From positions 58,979,106 to 59,043,105 of the forward strand of contig NC_057719.1 in assembly GCF_004010195.1 (NCBI RefSeq): DNA of 64,000 nucleotides. The letters run 5' to 3'. Both the position numbers and the translations under genes were made by a program. The notes beneath the pieces are model-generated. The model saw only the letters and a program-made list of their open reading frames with translations, ran no database searches and was not told where the DNA came from. Each line of letters opens with the position of its first letter. The stretch's first letter is position 1. Below are positions 25,885 through 38,558 of the stretch, one piece after another. This DNA is from Chiloscyllium plagiosum. Taxonomy: Eukaryota.

Positions 25885-27124
25885 CAGTTCAAACATGGAC
25901 AAAAGAGCTGAATTCCAGAGGTGAGAAGAGAGCGACAGCCCTTGATAGCCAGGCTGCATTTGACCAAGTGTGGGATCAAGAAGTCCCAGCACACCTAGAA
26001 TCAATCGGTATCAGGGGGTAAACTCTCTGGTGGTTGAAATAATACCCATAGCATGTGGACTGTAGCAGTTCCAGAAGGCACCTTACCACCACCTTCTCAA
26101 GGGCAACTAGGGACTGGCAGTAAAGGCTGACCAACCAGCAATGCCCACATCCCACAAATAAATAATAAGAGTGTAACCTATTGTGGAATGTCAATTACTG
26201 AGATTGAATCTTTTACAATAAGAAATCTTGAGACACTAGAATATTTAACTATTTTCCATCAATGCAGACTTCAAAGCTTACAATTCCTGTAATGTTTAAA
26301 AACCTTTGATTGGAGATCATTTTATATTTGCAAAGCATTAAGTAGTATGATGCAATTTATGTTAAAACAAAAATGTAATTACATTGCTCAAATTTGATGG
26401 CATTTCAATTAAATTGACATGTTCCGCTTCAATCAGAGTTTCCTGTCTAGAAATCAAGTTAGAGCGTTTTTAAAACACAGGATGAGAAATGCTGAGGGGA
26501 AAGAATTACTCCAATTAAAATGAGCCCAATTTTCTGAACCCTGGTAAAATCAGGTTTGTACTAGTCCCAATCTTGGGCGTGTTCTTATGGGAGAGAATTT
26601 GAATGGTTTTTCTCTTGTTAGCTGCACTTCCTATTTTATCAGTATTGAAGGGAAGTTTGATCTCTTGACTAGAGAAACAAAATTTTTGGCATTGAAGAAG
26701 TGTTCACAGCAGAGTATAAAAAGAAAAAATATAGCAATAATAGAAAATTGCCTCATGTACAATTTGCTCCAATGGTTTACTACCTACATAACAAATGATA
26801 AACATTGTCACAACGGTAGCTTTGATGCATTCTATTTCTACATCAAGTTTGTGTGATGAGTAAAATGGCTGATAAGGCCAATCTTGGAGCTATTGAGCCA
26901 TACAAAACCCAAAGTATGTATTGTCCTGTAAAGGTAGGCTTGTGGTGCATAGTGAAGTCGAGCCCAGTGGCAGATTTCTCAATTAGCATGTTGAGGAAAA
27001 GTTGTGCATTAGACTGCTTCATGTGAAAAATGTATATAAGTGCAAGTCTGTAAGAAAATCTTCACACACAACTGCAAATTCAAAATTGTGAATGTATCGC
27101 TAATATATCAGAAATAGGTTTCCG

Positions 27125-27450
27125 ACCTGTCAGCTCAGCACCATCCTCATGACCTGTCTTTCCTGCCAATCTTCCTTCCCATCTATTCGCTCCACCCTCC
27201 TCTCTGACTTATTATCTTCAGCGCCACCTCCATCCACCTATTGCACTCTTAGCTACCTTCTTCCCAGCCCCACCCCCCTCCCATTTATCTCTCCACCCCA
27301 GAGGCTCCCTGCCTCATTCCTGATGAAAGGCTTTTGCCTGAAACGTCAATTTTGCTGCTCCTCCAGTGCTGCCTGACCTGCTGTGCTTTTCTAGCACCAC
27401 TCTATTCTTGACTCTGATCTCCAGCATCTGTAGTGCTCATTTTTGCCTGG
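27125..27450 (+). mobile_element. PLE 3'-end fragment with hammerhead motif (27315-27350)
   Basis: CATTC-CTGATGA-A-AGGC-TTTT-GCCT-GAAA-CGTC-AAT; same family as 46912-47181. Confidence 0.75.
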
Positions 27451-28032
27451 TAGGACGTTAGCACTCGTGTCAAAATTTGTTTCGCATGGAAATTGACAAA
27501 GATCTTAGAAAGGGCTGGACCTAAAAAGAATCTCATGACTATCGCATGTTTTTGGATATACATGGTAGCATTAGCAATACATTTGACTTCTCAAATTTGA
27601 AAGCTCATAAGTTTAACTAAAACAGATTCAGACCTAGTGCCACATCTATCTTGCCAAGATTCAGTGCAAATGTCAATGACATTCTTCAGCATGTTTATAA
27701 ATAGGCTTGTAAGGTCCAATAAATATGAGATGTTGTTAGCAATATGTAGGTGGGCTTCACAAAGTAAAACAAGTCCTTTGCTGTGTAAGAATTTCAGCAC
27801 TGGAGTATTGGCCATACAATCCAGTGACAGATAAATCAAGCTAGATATTACTTCAGTTATTCGCAATTGGCAGACTACAAGTGGTGGCCAGTCTACAAAC
27901 TAATGTTTTTTTGTTAGATGTGAAGTTGCGAATGGACAGCACATGGTAAGCAATTCTGAGTCTGTTGAGGGCTAGATTAACAACTAACTTAAGATAGTCA
28001 GTTGAGATCATAATGTGACTCATTCGCACTTA

Positions 28033-28757
28033 GAGTCATAGAATCATAGAGATGTACAGCATCTTTGGTCCAACTCATCTATGCTGACCAGATATCCCAA
28101 CCTAATCTAGTCCCATTTGCCAGCACTTGCCCATATGCCTCTCAACCCTTCCTATTCACATACCGATCCAGATGCCTTTTAAATGTGGCAATTGTACCAG
28201 CCTCCACCAGTTCCTCTGGCAGCTTATTCCATACATGCACCACTCTCTGTGTGAAAACGTTTCCCTTAGATCCCTTTTATATCTTTCCCCTCTCACCCTA
28301 AAACTATGCTGTCTAGTTCTGGACTCCCCCACCCCAGGGAAAAGACTGTCTATTTATCCTATCCATGCTCCTCATAATTTTATAAAGCTCTATGAGGTCA
28401 ACCCTCAGCCTTCGACGCTCCAGGGAAAACAGCCCCAGCCTATTCAGCCTCTCCATATAGCTCAAATCCTCCAACCCTGGCAACATCCTTGTAAATCTTC
28501 TCTGAACCCGTTCAAGTTTCACACATCCTTCCGAAAGGGAAGGAGACCAGAATTTCACACAAAATCCAAAAGTGCCCTAACCAATGTCCTGTAAGCTGCA
28601 ACATGACCTCCCAACTCCTACACTGAATGCTCTGACCAATAAAGGAAAGCCAAACTCCTCCTTCACTATCCTATCTACTGCAACTCTACTTTCAAGGAGC
28701 TATGAACCTGCACTCCAAGGTCTCTTTGTTCAGCAACACTCCCTAGGACCTTACCAT
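28033..28757 (-). mobile_element. CR1-clade LINE 3' fragment
   Basis: Minus ORF KLERVQRRFTRMLPGLEDLSYMERLNRLGLFSLERRRLRVDLIELYKIMR; closely similar to 8110-8850. Confidence 0.92.
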
Positions 28758-29170
28758 TGCTTTGCTAAAAGCTACATAAATTCTTATGGAGGGACTCATT
28801 TTCAGCAACAAAATGAATATGTTTAAGCATTGCCTTTTCTGAATTATCCTCAGCGTTTAAAATAATCGAGATTAAACTATCAAATTGGTGTGTCAAATTA
28901 TTAAAGAATTCAGATGTATTAGTGTAGCATACAATAAATCAGGAATTTCATTATAAATGTACAATGGTATTTAATATTTCACACATTTGTTTCCTTATAG
29001 CTATGATGGAATGTTCGACAAATTTTCTTTTGTCAAGCATGCTATTTTACTGTTTAACTATCTGATGCATAATTAATAATTGAAGATATGCAAACATTGT
29101 GCTAACTGGAAAGGCACTTTGCCAATTAAAAATTATCAGTTTTAATGATCTCAATGCAATTGTTTTCCAG

Positions 29171-29396
29171 GCTCATGACTACTACACTAAGGCAATTAAT
29201 TTGCAACCAGGAGATGAATCTGCTTTGCTAAACCGAGCCATATGTCGTGTTCTGCTTCGGCGTGCTCAAGATGCACTGGAGGACTTTGAAGAAGCTGTTA
29301 AACTTAGTCCTTATTCAGCTCACATTTATTTCAACCGTGCAAACCTCTATGCCACTCTAAAACAATATAAAGATGCTGAGAGAGATTATTCACAGG
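29171..29396 (+). CDS. TTC6: TTC6 penultimate exon: AHDYYTKAINLQPGDESALLNRAICRVLLRRAQDALEDFEEAVKLSPYSAHIYFNRANLYATLKQYKDAERDYSQ
   Basis: Acceptor ttgttttccag, donor G|gtaaga. 226 nt, phase 0-1, about two TPR motifs. Confidence 0.93.
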
Positions 29397-30889
29397 GTAA
29401 GATGAAACATACATTGTTGCTTTCAAGCATTTTGTTAAATGACGGATATTGCAATATGCTGCTCTGAAGAATTCCTAACAAATATTCCCAAGATGAAAAT
29501 TCAAGTGAGAAAAAAGAAACATGAGCCTTGGTTAAATGGGATTATCTATCACATAACTTTATTTCTATTTAAGTGTTATAAGGTAAATGTGCACGTTTCT
29601 GCATGCTTTAAGTAGGAGTCTTAAATTAATAATTTTCTTGACTTAAAAGTCATAATCTAAACTTCATGTTCTGAAGACCAGTTGCAGATTTAATAATGTA
29701 GGGCAATAATCGACTTGTTACTTCAAAATTGACACACTGTGTACACTGTGTATGTGCATCTGCAGAGCTGTACATGTGGAGTACTAATGCACGGCCCTAT
29801 ATTTAACAGTGTCCAATCATGCATCGCAGAGCATTAAGTCTACTTATCTGACAACGAGGGCTGGATGAGCATTGTTTCCTTGTGTATTAATCAAGAATAA
29901 TATGGTCTTTATGGAATTGATGCTGACAAATGTTGTTTTGTTCATGACATTTGTGGCAGTGAATAAAACATATCAAAACCCTTTTCAATGTTACTGTGAA
30001 TCTGTTAATTTGGCATTTGTATGGCAATATATTTGCAGGCATAAATATCTATTCCTACATGTCAAATTTGAACAACGACCTGACAAGTTGGCATGCACAA
30101 TTGTCTCAACTGCTTGTTTTTCTTTACACCTATGCTACCGTAGACCTCTACAGTTTTATTTTATTTATTTGAAAGGACAAGCCTGTCCTCATGAAAATGC
30201 ATAAGATATTCAGAGTATATTGATTGTATTTATCTGGTACCTAGTTGATCTTACTTCTCCCTGATTCACTGTTAGCTCATTGACATTATAAATGGTTTCT
30301 TCACCTCCAGCACTCTTGTTCCTGCTTCCAAACATTTGACATTACCTTGTTGTCAAAAGAAAAATCCACTCCAACTTCTGTCTTTTCAAACATGTTGCTG
30401 GTTTGTTGATTTTTAAATATTTAAACATACTTATCTGGATGTGCCCTGTGCACTTTCACACACTCCAAATTAAGTTAGTTGAATACGATTTGCCTTGAAT
30501 TAATCCATGTTAGTGGGCCATAATTAATTAATGCTTATCCAAGTGACTGTTGAATTAATCCCCGATTATTGGGTGCATCATGAAAAACAGATTCTAGTAT
30601 TTTCTCTATTTCTCCAGTTAGGCTATCTTTCAATTCTTCTACTGTTGTTAAATTATCAGACTGCATGCAGTAAAAATAAGCAAAACTTTCCGCTATTTAA
30701 ATTCAAATTTTTGCCAGTAAATAAATGTAAATTTTATTGACTTTCACGGAGGATTTCTTTCCATGAGTGCTAACGCGATTTCTCATGCTAACTTCCCAAA
30801 CTCACCTCATTATATATGTACCATGTCCCTGTGGTGCCATACTCTCGTATTGTAGGTAGAAGTACTCACCATTTTCCTAACCCTCTGGT

Positions 30890-32110
30890 TTACCACTAAT
30901 CTTCGCCACATTGTTTTCTTTTGGATGCTATATCCCTGATTAACAATTATCTCCGTCTTCCTCTTCACTGAAATCAATCTTTGCTGTGAGCCATGAATCA
31001 TTTTTTAAAACTCTGCTGTTGTTCCTCAGCAGCCTTTGCTGCGAAATTCCTTCCCCAATCTCCTCCAGCCAGTTCTGCTCTCATTCCTTTGTAATCATTC
31101 TTATTTAAGCTTAGCAAAGTTGTTTCTGACCCAAATTCCTCCCTCTCATGAATGTTAATTCTGCCATTTATGGTCACTGTTTCTGAGGACATTGTTTATT
31201 AAACTTGCCTCCTTAAACATCACCAGATCCATTGCCTGATCCCTGGTTGGATCCACAACATATTATTTCTAGGAATCTGACCTGAATACACTCTGACTTT
31301 TTCCTCATGGCTTCCTTTGTCAGTCTGACAATCCCAGTCACTGGTGACAAGTATCCTTAATGTGAAGACAGAGTTTCATCTCCACAAGGGTTGGATAGTA
31401 GTCACTCCTATCTATATTGTACTGGACTCTCGTCAGTAATGAGTAGATTCATGAGGAGAAGAGATTTTTACCTCTGAAAACAAAAAATGCTAGAAATCAC
31501 AATGGGTCATGGAGAGAGAGCAAACTAGCGTTTTGAGTCTGAATGATTCTTCATCAGAGCTCTGATCCCTTCCAGAACACATTTTGTGGCCTTGCCACAC
31601 TCAGTGCTTCTTCCAATTAGTGTTCAGTTTGGGGGGCATTAATTCAACAGTTGAGCAGGGGAGGGCAGGGGGCATTAAGTAGTAACTGGTAGTATGTTTC
31701 CTGTCTATGTTTGTCCTGAAGAATTGAAACTTCAGGATCCAAGGTCATTGTTGAGGACTTCCAGAGAAGCTCCCTCCCTACTATGTACCATTGTGCTGCA
31801 ACTTGTGCTTGTGGAATAACACATACCCAAGAATCGTGATGGTGGTGTCTGGGACATTATAAAGTCTGATTTGGTGAGTACAACCATGTCAGCCTGTTGC
31901 TTGAGTAGTATGTGGGATGGTACTTCCAATTTTGGTGCAGGCCTCAGATATGAGAAGGAGGAGGACTTTACCGGGTCAACAGGACTGGAGTTGCTGGTAT
32001 CATTTCTGATGCCTAAGTAGGTGCCAGATGGTCTGTAAGGTTTCATTTCTATTTGATTATATAGCTGTTTGGTGGAACTAAGTGGCTTATTAGGCCATCT
32101 CAGACGGTAT
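30890..32110 (-). mobile_element. Cluster of degenerate LINE fragments (CR1 endonuclease region and the old APE-LINE family) with a decayed PLE terminal repeat at ~31475-31562
   Basis: Minus ORFs LNKNDYKGMRAELAGGDW and LLKQQADMVVLTKS. 31475-31562 resembles 620-718. Confidence 0.55.
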
Positions 32111-32587
32111 TTAAAAGGACATTGTTGACTGTCTCTGTCATTTCCATACTTTGCATTATAATTTCAACTGGCACTCAACTATTCATCTTTATATGCTATG
32201 GAAATATTTACAAGTTTATGTCTCCTGCTGTTGATTTTTTTTTCTTTCTTTGCTGTTTCTTGGTCCTTTTGAACTGAATCCTAAAACCCTCCCAATGTTC
32301 AGGCTGACAAGTCATTTTGGCAAGAGAACAAGCCTCTTTCTTTGGTCAAAGGCTATATATAATTAATTCCTTTTGTTAACAACAAAAAGGCCACTGTTGT
32401 TGGATCATTTTTTCAGTTGGTTTAACATATCTTGAAAACTATCTTGTATACAGTCTGTGAACTTGTCCTCCATACTTCTTTGAAAAGTTTGGTTTGCTTT
32501 GTATGTAGAAAGCTTAAGGTCCCCATAATCACGGTGTTAACCTGATTACATGCACTTTTAATTTCCTAATAATATTGAGTTATACCA

Positions 32588-32688
32588 TGTTAAAAATCAC
32601 ACAACACCAGGTTATAATCCAACAGGTTTAATTGGAAGCACACGAGCTTTCAGAGCGTCGATCCTTCATCAGGTGATAGTCTAAATCA
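32588..32688 (-). mobile_element. ~100-bp solo PLE terminal repeat with hammerhead motif, 12-bp TSD
   Basis: Minus 32675-32641: CAC-CTGATGA-AGGATCGACGCTCT-GAAA-GCTC-GTG. TSD tgagttatacca at 32576-87 and 32689-700. Same family as 19198-19280. Confidence 0.78.
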
Positions 32689-32916
32689 TGAGTTATACCA
32701 CAACTTCCACAAGTACCATTAGCTATTTTTGATCCCTGTTATACAACTGTGTTCCATCAGCAATCATTTCCATTTTCATTCATTCCATTTCAAATATGTT
32801 AGTCTGTGCTTAAATCCCTTTATGGCCTCACTCTTCCCTACATCAGAACCTTCTACTATCCCTAGAGACTCTATTGAGCTCTCCATTCCTCTGACTCTGG
32901 CGCTTACTGAATTCTC

Positions 32917-33260
32917 ATAGAATCATGGAATTCCTACAGTGTGGAAAGAGGCCATTTGGCCCATTGATTTTGCACCGACCCTCCAAAAAGCACCCTAGCA
33001 AGACACACCTTACCCCCATAACCTCGCATTTCACATGGCTAACCCACTTAGCTTGCACATCCCGAGACACTATTGGGCAATTTCCCATCAGCATTTCACC
33101 TAACCTGCACATCTTTTAACTGTGGGAGGAAACTGGAGCACCCATGCAGACACAGAGAGAACATGCAAACTCCACACAGACAGTCACCCAAGGTGGGAAT
33201 CGAACCCAGACCCCCGGTGCTGTGAGGCCGAAGTGCTAACCACTAAGTCACATTCTGCCC
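32917..33260 (-). mobile_element. HE1-like SINE, diverged
   Basis: cagtgtggaa...cacctaacctgcacatc...gggaatcgaaccca...gtgctaaccact. Confidence 0.85.
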
Positions 33261-34884
33261 GTTTTCTCCCCTTTTTGCATCATCTTTATGGGCTAATCAT
33301 CCCATGATCTTCCCATTTCTTACCACATTCCTCTTCCTCATTCACCCCTTCTCCTTCTTTTATGTCTGCCATATGATTGACCTGTTTGGCCAAGCTTTTG
33401 GTCATCTCCTCATAATTGCTTTGTCTTGTATATTTCTCTAATTAGTTGCCACAAAATAACTTTGGGATGCTTTTCTACTTTAAAGATATCAGATAAATCA
33501 AGTTCATCTTATCTTACGCTACTTGTTTATAACTGAGTTAAAAAACTGAGATGTTCCTGGCTTTGTGCCTGGATTATTAAATGTCAGAAAGCTGAAGATT
33601 TTCATTGGTTAATACATTAACTTGCAATATGGCATCTGAAGAAGACACATCTGTGGTTTGAATATTTTGGGCTCAGTTTTATTAAAGTTACAGGATCACA
33701 TATGGTACACGATACATGCTAGAAAACCACAATTCTCCACAACTTATAGTCCCCAGGATGCCAATTTTTCTATTTATTTTTATTTTCCAGAATGTAAGAT
33801 TGTCAGCTTCATTTTCCTTAAGCAAACTCTATTGTTAAAATGAAGTGATTTAACAGTGGTGCAATTTATATTCTAATTTCAATTTCCTAGCTGCCAAATT
33901 GACAATCAGATGCATAACATTCAAAACTGGCTCCTGACAATGACTGACGAACATTGAGACCATTATTTTCAGAGACAGAAGTCACAGAACCAAAACTGCT
34001 TCCATATGAAATTTATATTGTCCAAAAATGCAAAGAAAAGTGGTGGCTATCTCATATCATTCAGCTACTATGTACCTGAATGTGTGAATGGATGAATGTT
34101 GCCCCAGTGATGGACTTTGGAGTATGGTCTATAATAGAACAAAGAACAAAGAAAATTTACAGCCCAGGAACAGGCCCTTCGGCCCTTCAAGCCTGAGCCA
34201 ATAATTGTTTGTATGTTTCAAGAGTGTGTCATCTCCAAGGAGACTGTGTGTATGAACAGGCCAAGAGTCAGAAAAGTACTTCACCGAATCAGATTGAAGG
34301 ATTCTTGCTAAGTGGTGGTCAAATGGGGGAAGAAACTGTGCTGCGTGAGTACGTACATTTCCTGATATCATTTAGATAGTTAGCAATTTTGCTGAGAAGG
34401 TGGAAAGGTGAGGTCCAGCAACCTGCCAGATCAGAAAATTGGCTAATTAAGTGGTTTAATGAGTTTTTCCAATTGTTCGGGTGAGGCAACATTTCTATGG
34501 GAAGGTTTGAAATGCAGACTGAAACAGGCCGAACAAAGGTCAGTACTAACCCAATCGGGAGACAGTGATGACTGTGTCATTCTATGAATTGGACTGATGA
34601 AAGAACATACTTGTATTGAGAAACAGTTGGGAAATAGAGCAAGTGGTCTGTGTGCATTCAGTCAGTTGAGAATGTCATGATCCTACAGGGATTGTGGAGC
34701 CATAAACCCTGGGTGGGCAACTGTTGAAATGGAATTAAAGTACTCAGAGATACTGATGAGTAGCAATCATCCTCAGGAACAGAGGCACAGCCCAGAAATC
34801 AGCGGTGCAGAGGAAAAGAAGAAACAAGAAGGCAATAAGTGTCATTTTTCAGCATTGAGTGTACCTCCAAAATATAGTTGTTCC

Positions 34885-35299
34885 AGCTGAGGCTCAGTTG
34901 TCTCTGAGTTGCAAGTTTCTAGTTTGAAGTCTCATGGCAGAGCTTGAGTAAAATAATCAAATGGGGCACTTCTGTGCAGTACTGATAGAGTACAATACTG
35001 TTGGAAATGTTGAATGGGATGCTAAACTAAAGTGCCTTTGCCCACTTTGGATGGATGTTAAAGTTCCCCTGGTAAGATTTTGAAAAGGAGCAAGCAAGTT
35101 ATCTCCAATGTCTTGGCCAATATTTATCCCTTAACAAAAACAGATAATTTGGTAATTATCTCCGATGTTTGTGAGAGAGTATGAAAATTAGCTGTTGGTT
35201 TTCTTACATCACAATGATTACTACAAGTCAATAAGTATTCCATTGATTTTAAAGTGATTTGTTTAATGGTTGGAAAAAGTGCTACATAAATGCAAGACT
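34885..35299 (+). mobile_element. Deu-domain SINE (SacSINE1-like)
   Basis: cagctgaggctcagttg head, ggatgttaaagttccc...ggccaatatttatccc core, 3' gctacataaatgcaag tail. Confidence 0.7.
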
Positions 35300-36035
35300 T
35301 TTTTTATACGTTTGTGCGAAGATTTGTAGCTCGGGTGCTCGTTGTTGTGGTTCTGTTCGCCGAGCTGGAAGTTTTTGTTGCAAACGTTTCGTCCCCTGGC
35401 TAGGCGACATCATCAGTGCTTGGGAGCCTCCTGCGAAGCGCTTCTTTGATGTTTCCTCCAGTGTTTATAGTGGTCTGTCCCTGCCGCTTCCGCTTGTCAG
35501 TTTCAGCTGTCCGCTGTAGTGTTTGGTATATTGGGTCCAGGTCGAATTCCCTGGCTGTTCTCTGTCTGGCTTGCCCTATAATGGTAGTGTTGTCCCAGTC
35601 GAATTCATGTTGCTTGTTGTCTGCGTGTGTGGCTACTAAGGATAGCTGGTCGTGTCGTTTCGTGGCTAGTTGATGTTCATGTATGCGGATTGTTAGCTGT
35701 CTTCCTGTTTGTCCTATATAGTGTTTAGTGCAGTCCTTGCATGACACTAAAATACATCAGGAGCATCTCGGAACTGACAGCCAGACTACTCCGACCCCTA
35801 GGACTCATAACGGCACACAAACCAACAGCCACGCTCAGACAAAAACTCACCAGAACGAAGGACCCGATACCCAACATGAGCAAAACGAATGTAGTGTACA
35901 AAATACCATGCAAGGACTGCACAAAACACTATATAGGACAAACAGGAAGACAGCTAACAATCCGCATACATGAACATCAACTAGCCACGAAACGACACGA
36001 CCAGCTATCCTTAGCAGCCACACACGCAGACAACA

Positions 36036-36633
36036 NNNNNNNNNNNNNNNNNNNNNNNNNNNNNNNNNNNNNNNNNNNNNNNNNNNNNNNNNNNNNNNNN
36101 NNNNNNNNNNNNNNNNNNNNNNNNNNNNNNNNNNNNNNNNNNNNNNNNNNNNNNNNNNNNNNNNNNNNNNNNNNNNNNNNNNNNNNNNNNNNNNNNNNNN
36201 NNNNNNNNNNNNNNNNNNNNNNNNNNNNNNNNNNNNNNNNNNNNNNNNNNNNNNNNNNNNNNNNNNNNNNNNNNNNNNNNNNNNNNNNNNNNNNNNNNNN
36301 NNNNNNNNNNNNNNNNNNNNNNNNNNNNNNNNNNNNNNNNNNNNNNNNNNNNNNNNNNNNNNNNNNNNNNNNNNNNNNNNNNNNNNNNNNNNNNNNNNNN
36401 NNNNNNNNNNNNNNNNNNNNNNNNNNNNNNNNNNNNNNNNNNNNNNNNNNNNNNNNNNNNNNNNNNNNNNNNNNNNNNNNNNNNNNNNNNNNNNNNNNNN
36501 NNNNNNNNNNNNNNNNNNNNNNNNNNNNNNNNNNNNNNNNNNNNNNNNNNNNNNNNNNNNNNNNNNNNNNNNNNNNNNNNNNNNNNNNNNNNNNNNNNNN
36601 NNNNNNNNNNNNNNNNNNNNNNNNNNNNNNNNN
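36036..36633. other. Assembly gap (598 N)
   Basis: Run of N. Confidence 0.99.
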
Positions 36634-36927
36634 TAGCCACGGAACGACACGACCAGCTATCCTTAGTAGCCACACACGCAGACAACAAGCAACATGAATT
36701 CGACTGGGACAACACTACTATCGTAGGGGGCAAGCCAGACAGAACAGCCAGGGAATTCCTAGAGGCATGGCATTCATCCATAAACTCCATCAACAAACAC
36801 CTAGACCTGGACCCAATATACCAACCACTACAGCGGACAGCTGAAACTGACAACCGGAAGCGGCAGGGACAGACCACTATAAACACCGGAGGAAACATCA
36901 AAGAAGCGCTTCGCAGGAGGCTCCCAA

Positions 36928-36967
36928 GCACTGATGATGTCGCCTAGCCAGGGGACGAAACGTTTGC
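36928..36967 (+). ncRNA. Minimal hammerhead ribozyme motif (identical inverted copy at 35380-35419)
   Basis: GCA-CTGATGA-T-GTC(GCCTAGCCAGGG)GAC-GAAA-CGTT-TGC: intact core, stem I GCA/UGC, ACGU palindrome. Confidence 0.75.
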
Positions 36968-37129
36968 AACAAAAACTTCCAGCTCGGCGAACAGAACCAC
37001 AACAACGTTTTTTATACTTGGACATATAAGGAAATTTGGAGCTTGTACCTATGAAAGCAGATTTGCGTCTGAGATTTGCACCACTGTTTAGGAAGATTTC
37101 AGACCTTGCAGTACTGTTAACATGTCCTA

Positions 37130-37750
37130 CCTGTAAATTTGAAAGATAATTTCATCTTGATCTTCTTCACCTCTGGTTTATTCTAAGGATTAGCATCTGT
37201 CAAACATCAGCACATCATTGCATCCTCTGGATCCCTGAAGATGCAGGGCATTATCAGTTGCAGCCATGTGGTGATCATAATGCTTTATGAGCAGCCAGTA
37301 ATATTTATCAACAGGAAGAGCTTCACTCTCTGGACTGTGACTACAAAATGTGCTTTTAACAGAAGTGAGCTCACAACCAGGATGCCTTCGTGCTCCATCA
37401 GATCAGGGTTCTACAGCTCTTCATGTCACCATTGAAACTATGTGGATGGTTTCTACAGGACAAGGGATACCTTTATGTAAGCTGAGTGGGAGGCACAGAG
37501 ATGGTACAATTTACGTCATTTGCTTATAGTGCTCACATTTGAGCAGCCCATCATGACCTGGAGGTACTGTTTTGGTGCATGGTTTAATCAGGTGATGCCC
37601 TACAGTACACTTTTGAGTAATGTAGTTTGCTATGCTTTCCTTTGTTTGCCCTGTAGAGTGGTATGGTCCTCGAAGAGGTGAAACTATGAGGCACATTTCA
37701 TTCAGGCCCTCTCTGACCAAACTATTTCTTATATATAAAACTTACAGAAA
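37130..37750 (+). mobile_element. Degenerate PIF/Harbinger (HARBI1-like) transposase fragment
   Basis: MQGIISCSHVVI...FINRKSF, then DAFVL...QDKGY in other frames. These match the order of the GAIDCTH / NRKG / HD / GD.GY motifs. Confidence 0.65.
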
Positions 37751-38558
37751 GTATAAATCAATCAGGAGATCTGAGGGCTGGTTTCATGACATGTTGACAT
37801 CACTTTACACTGAGTTTTTTATTGATAGTTAATTAATTGAATCTACCTGCCATCAGGTGATGACTGTGGCCATGTTAATCTCTGCATTTCCTTTTAAAAA
37901 CAAATTAAGTCCATGTAAAGCTCAGGGTATTAAAAATAAGAAGATAGAAGTCAAAAATTGATAGTCCAGTTTTACCACTATCATGACACCAAATTTCATT
38001 GTCTGCTTGTTTGAGTAGCAGTTCTTCAATCTGATTGGTTAAGGAGCTGTACTGTGTTTGGCCCTGTTCCACTGTGTCAGATTCCAGATGCTGTGCAACT
38101 TTACATAACCAAAAGATCCCCAGTGCTGGAGTACAACAAAAGTCTGTGCGTGTATGTTGATATTATCAACAGCTAGCATTGCTCCTTTGCCTCTAATCAC
38201 AAAATCCATTCAACTGATATTCTTAATTCTGCATTTTCTTTTTTCTTTGGCAGTTAGCTAATTGTCTATTCTGCTGTTTACACTTCTACTGTCTGTCAAT
38301 CTCACTGATTTTCACAGGGCTTCTAGTAAATCCCAGATTTTATATACATGAACGTAAATCAAGAAATTTTCACAATATTGTAAATTGTTACCTTATAATA
38401 TTCTTGGTCTTATTGTTTTTCTAAAGAATAATTATTGAGTCTGCTCAGGAATGGTTTAAAAGAACATTTACTTAACTTTAACAGGAACAAACTCTAACTG
38501 TGACTTAATCTTTACACAAGACAGCAAGACAACAAGACCATATCATTACATTCCATTT

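Larger units (their letters stand above)
24230..26170 (+). mobile_element. APE-endonuclease/RT non-LTR retrotransposon, degenerate, interrupted by nested insertions
   Basis: LWVGNFNVHHQEW...LRQVVREPTR.KNILDL...SDH (APE motifs); later LSDTQFGF and ALDSQAAFDQVW (RT). Confidence 0.85.
35310..37007 (+). mobile_element. Young Penelope-like element (Poseidon-type GIY-YIG 3' part) with inverted 5' arm and 10-bp TSD; contains assembly gap
   Basis: NVVYKIPCKDCTKHYIGQTGRQLTIRIHEH (GIY-YIG). 35310-35740 is an inverted copy of the 3' part. TSD ttttttatac at 35300-09 and 37008-17. CpG-rich. Hammerheads at 35380-35419 (-) and 36928-36967 (+). Confidence 0.92.

Noticed and set aside
34135..34200. Short agaacaaaga repeat region
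   Set aside because: It is simply a ~65-bp 3' tip of a CR1-type LINE on the minus strand.
35741..36931. Long ORFs of 232-318 aa in the ORF track
   Set aside because: They are artefacts of translating through the N run; the real part is PLE GIY-YIG sequence.
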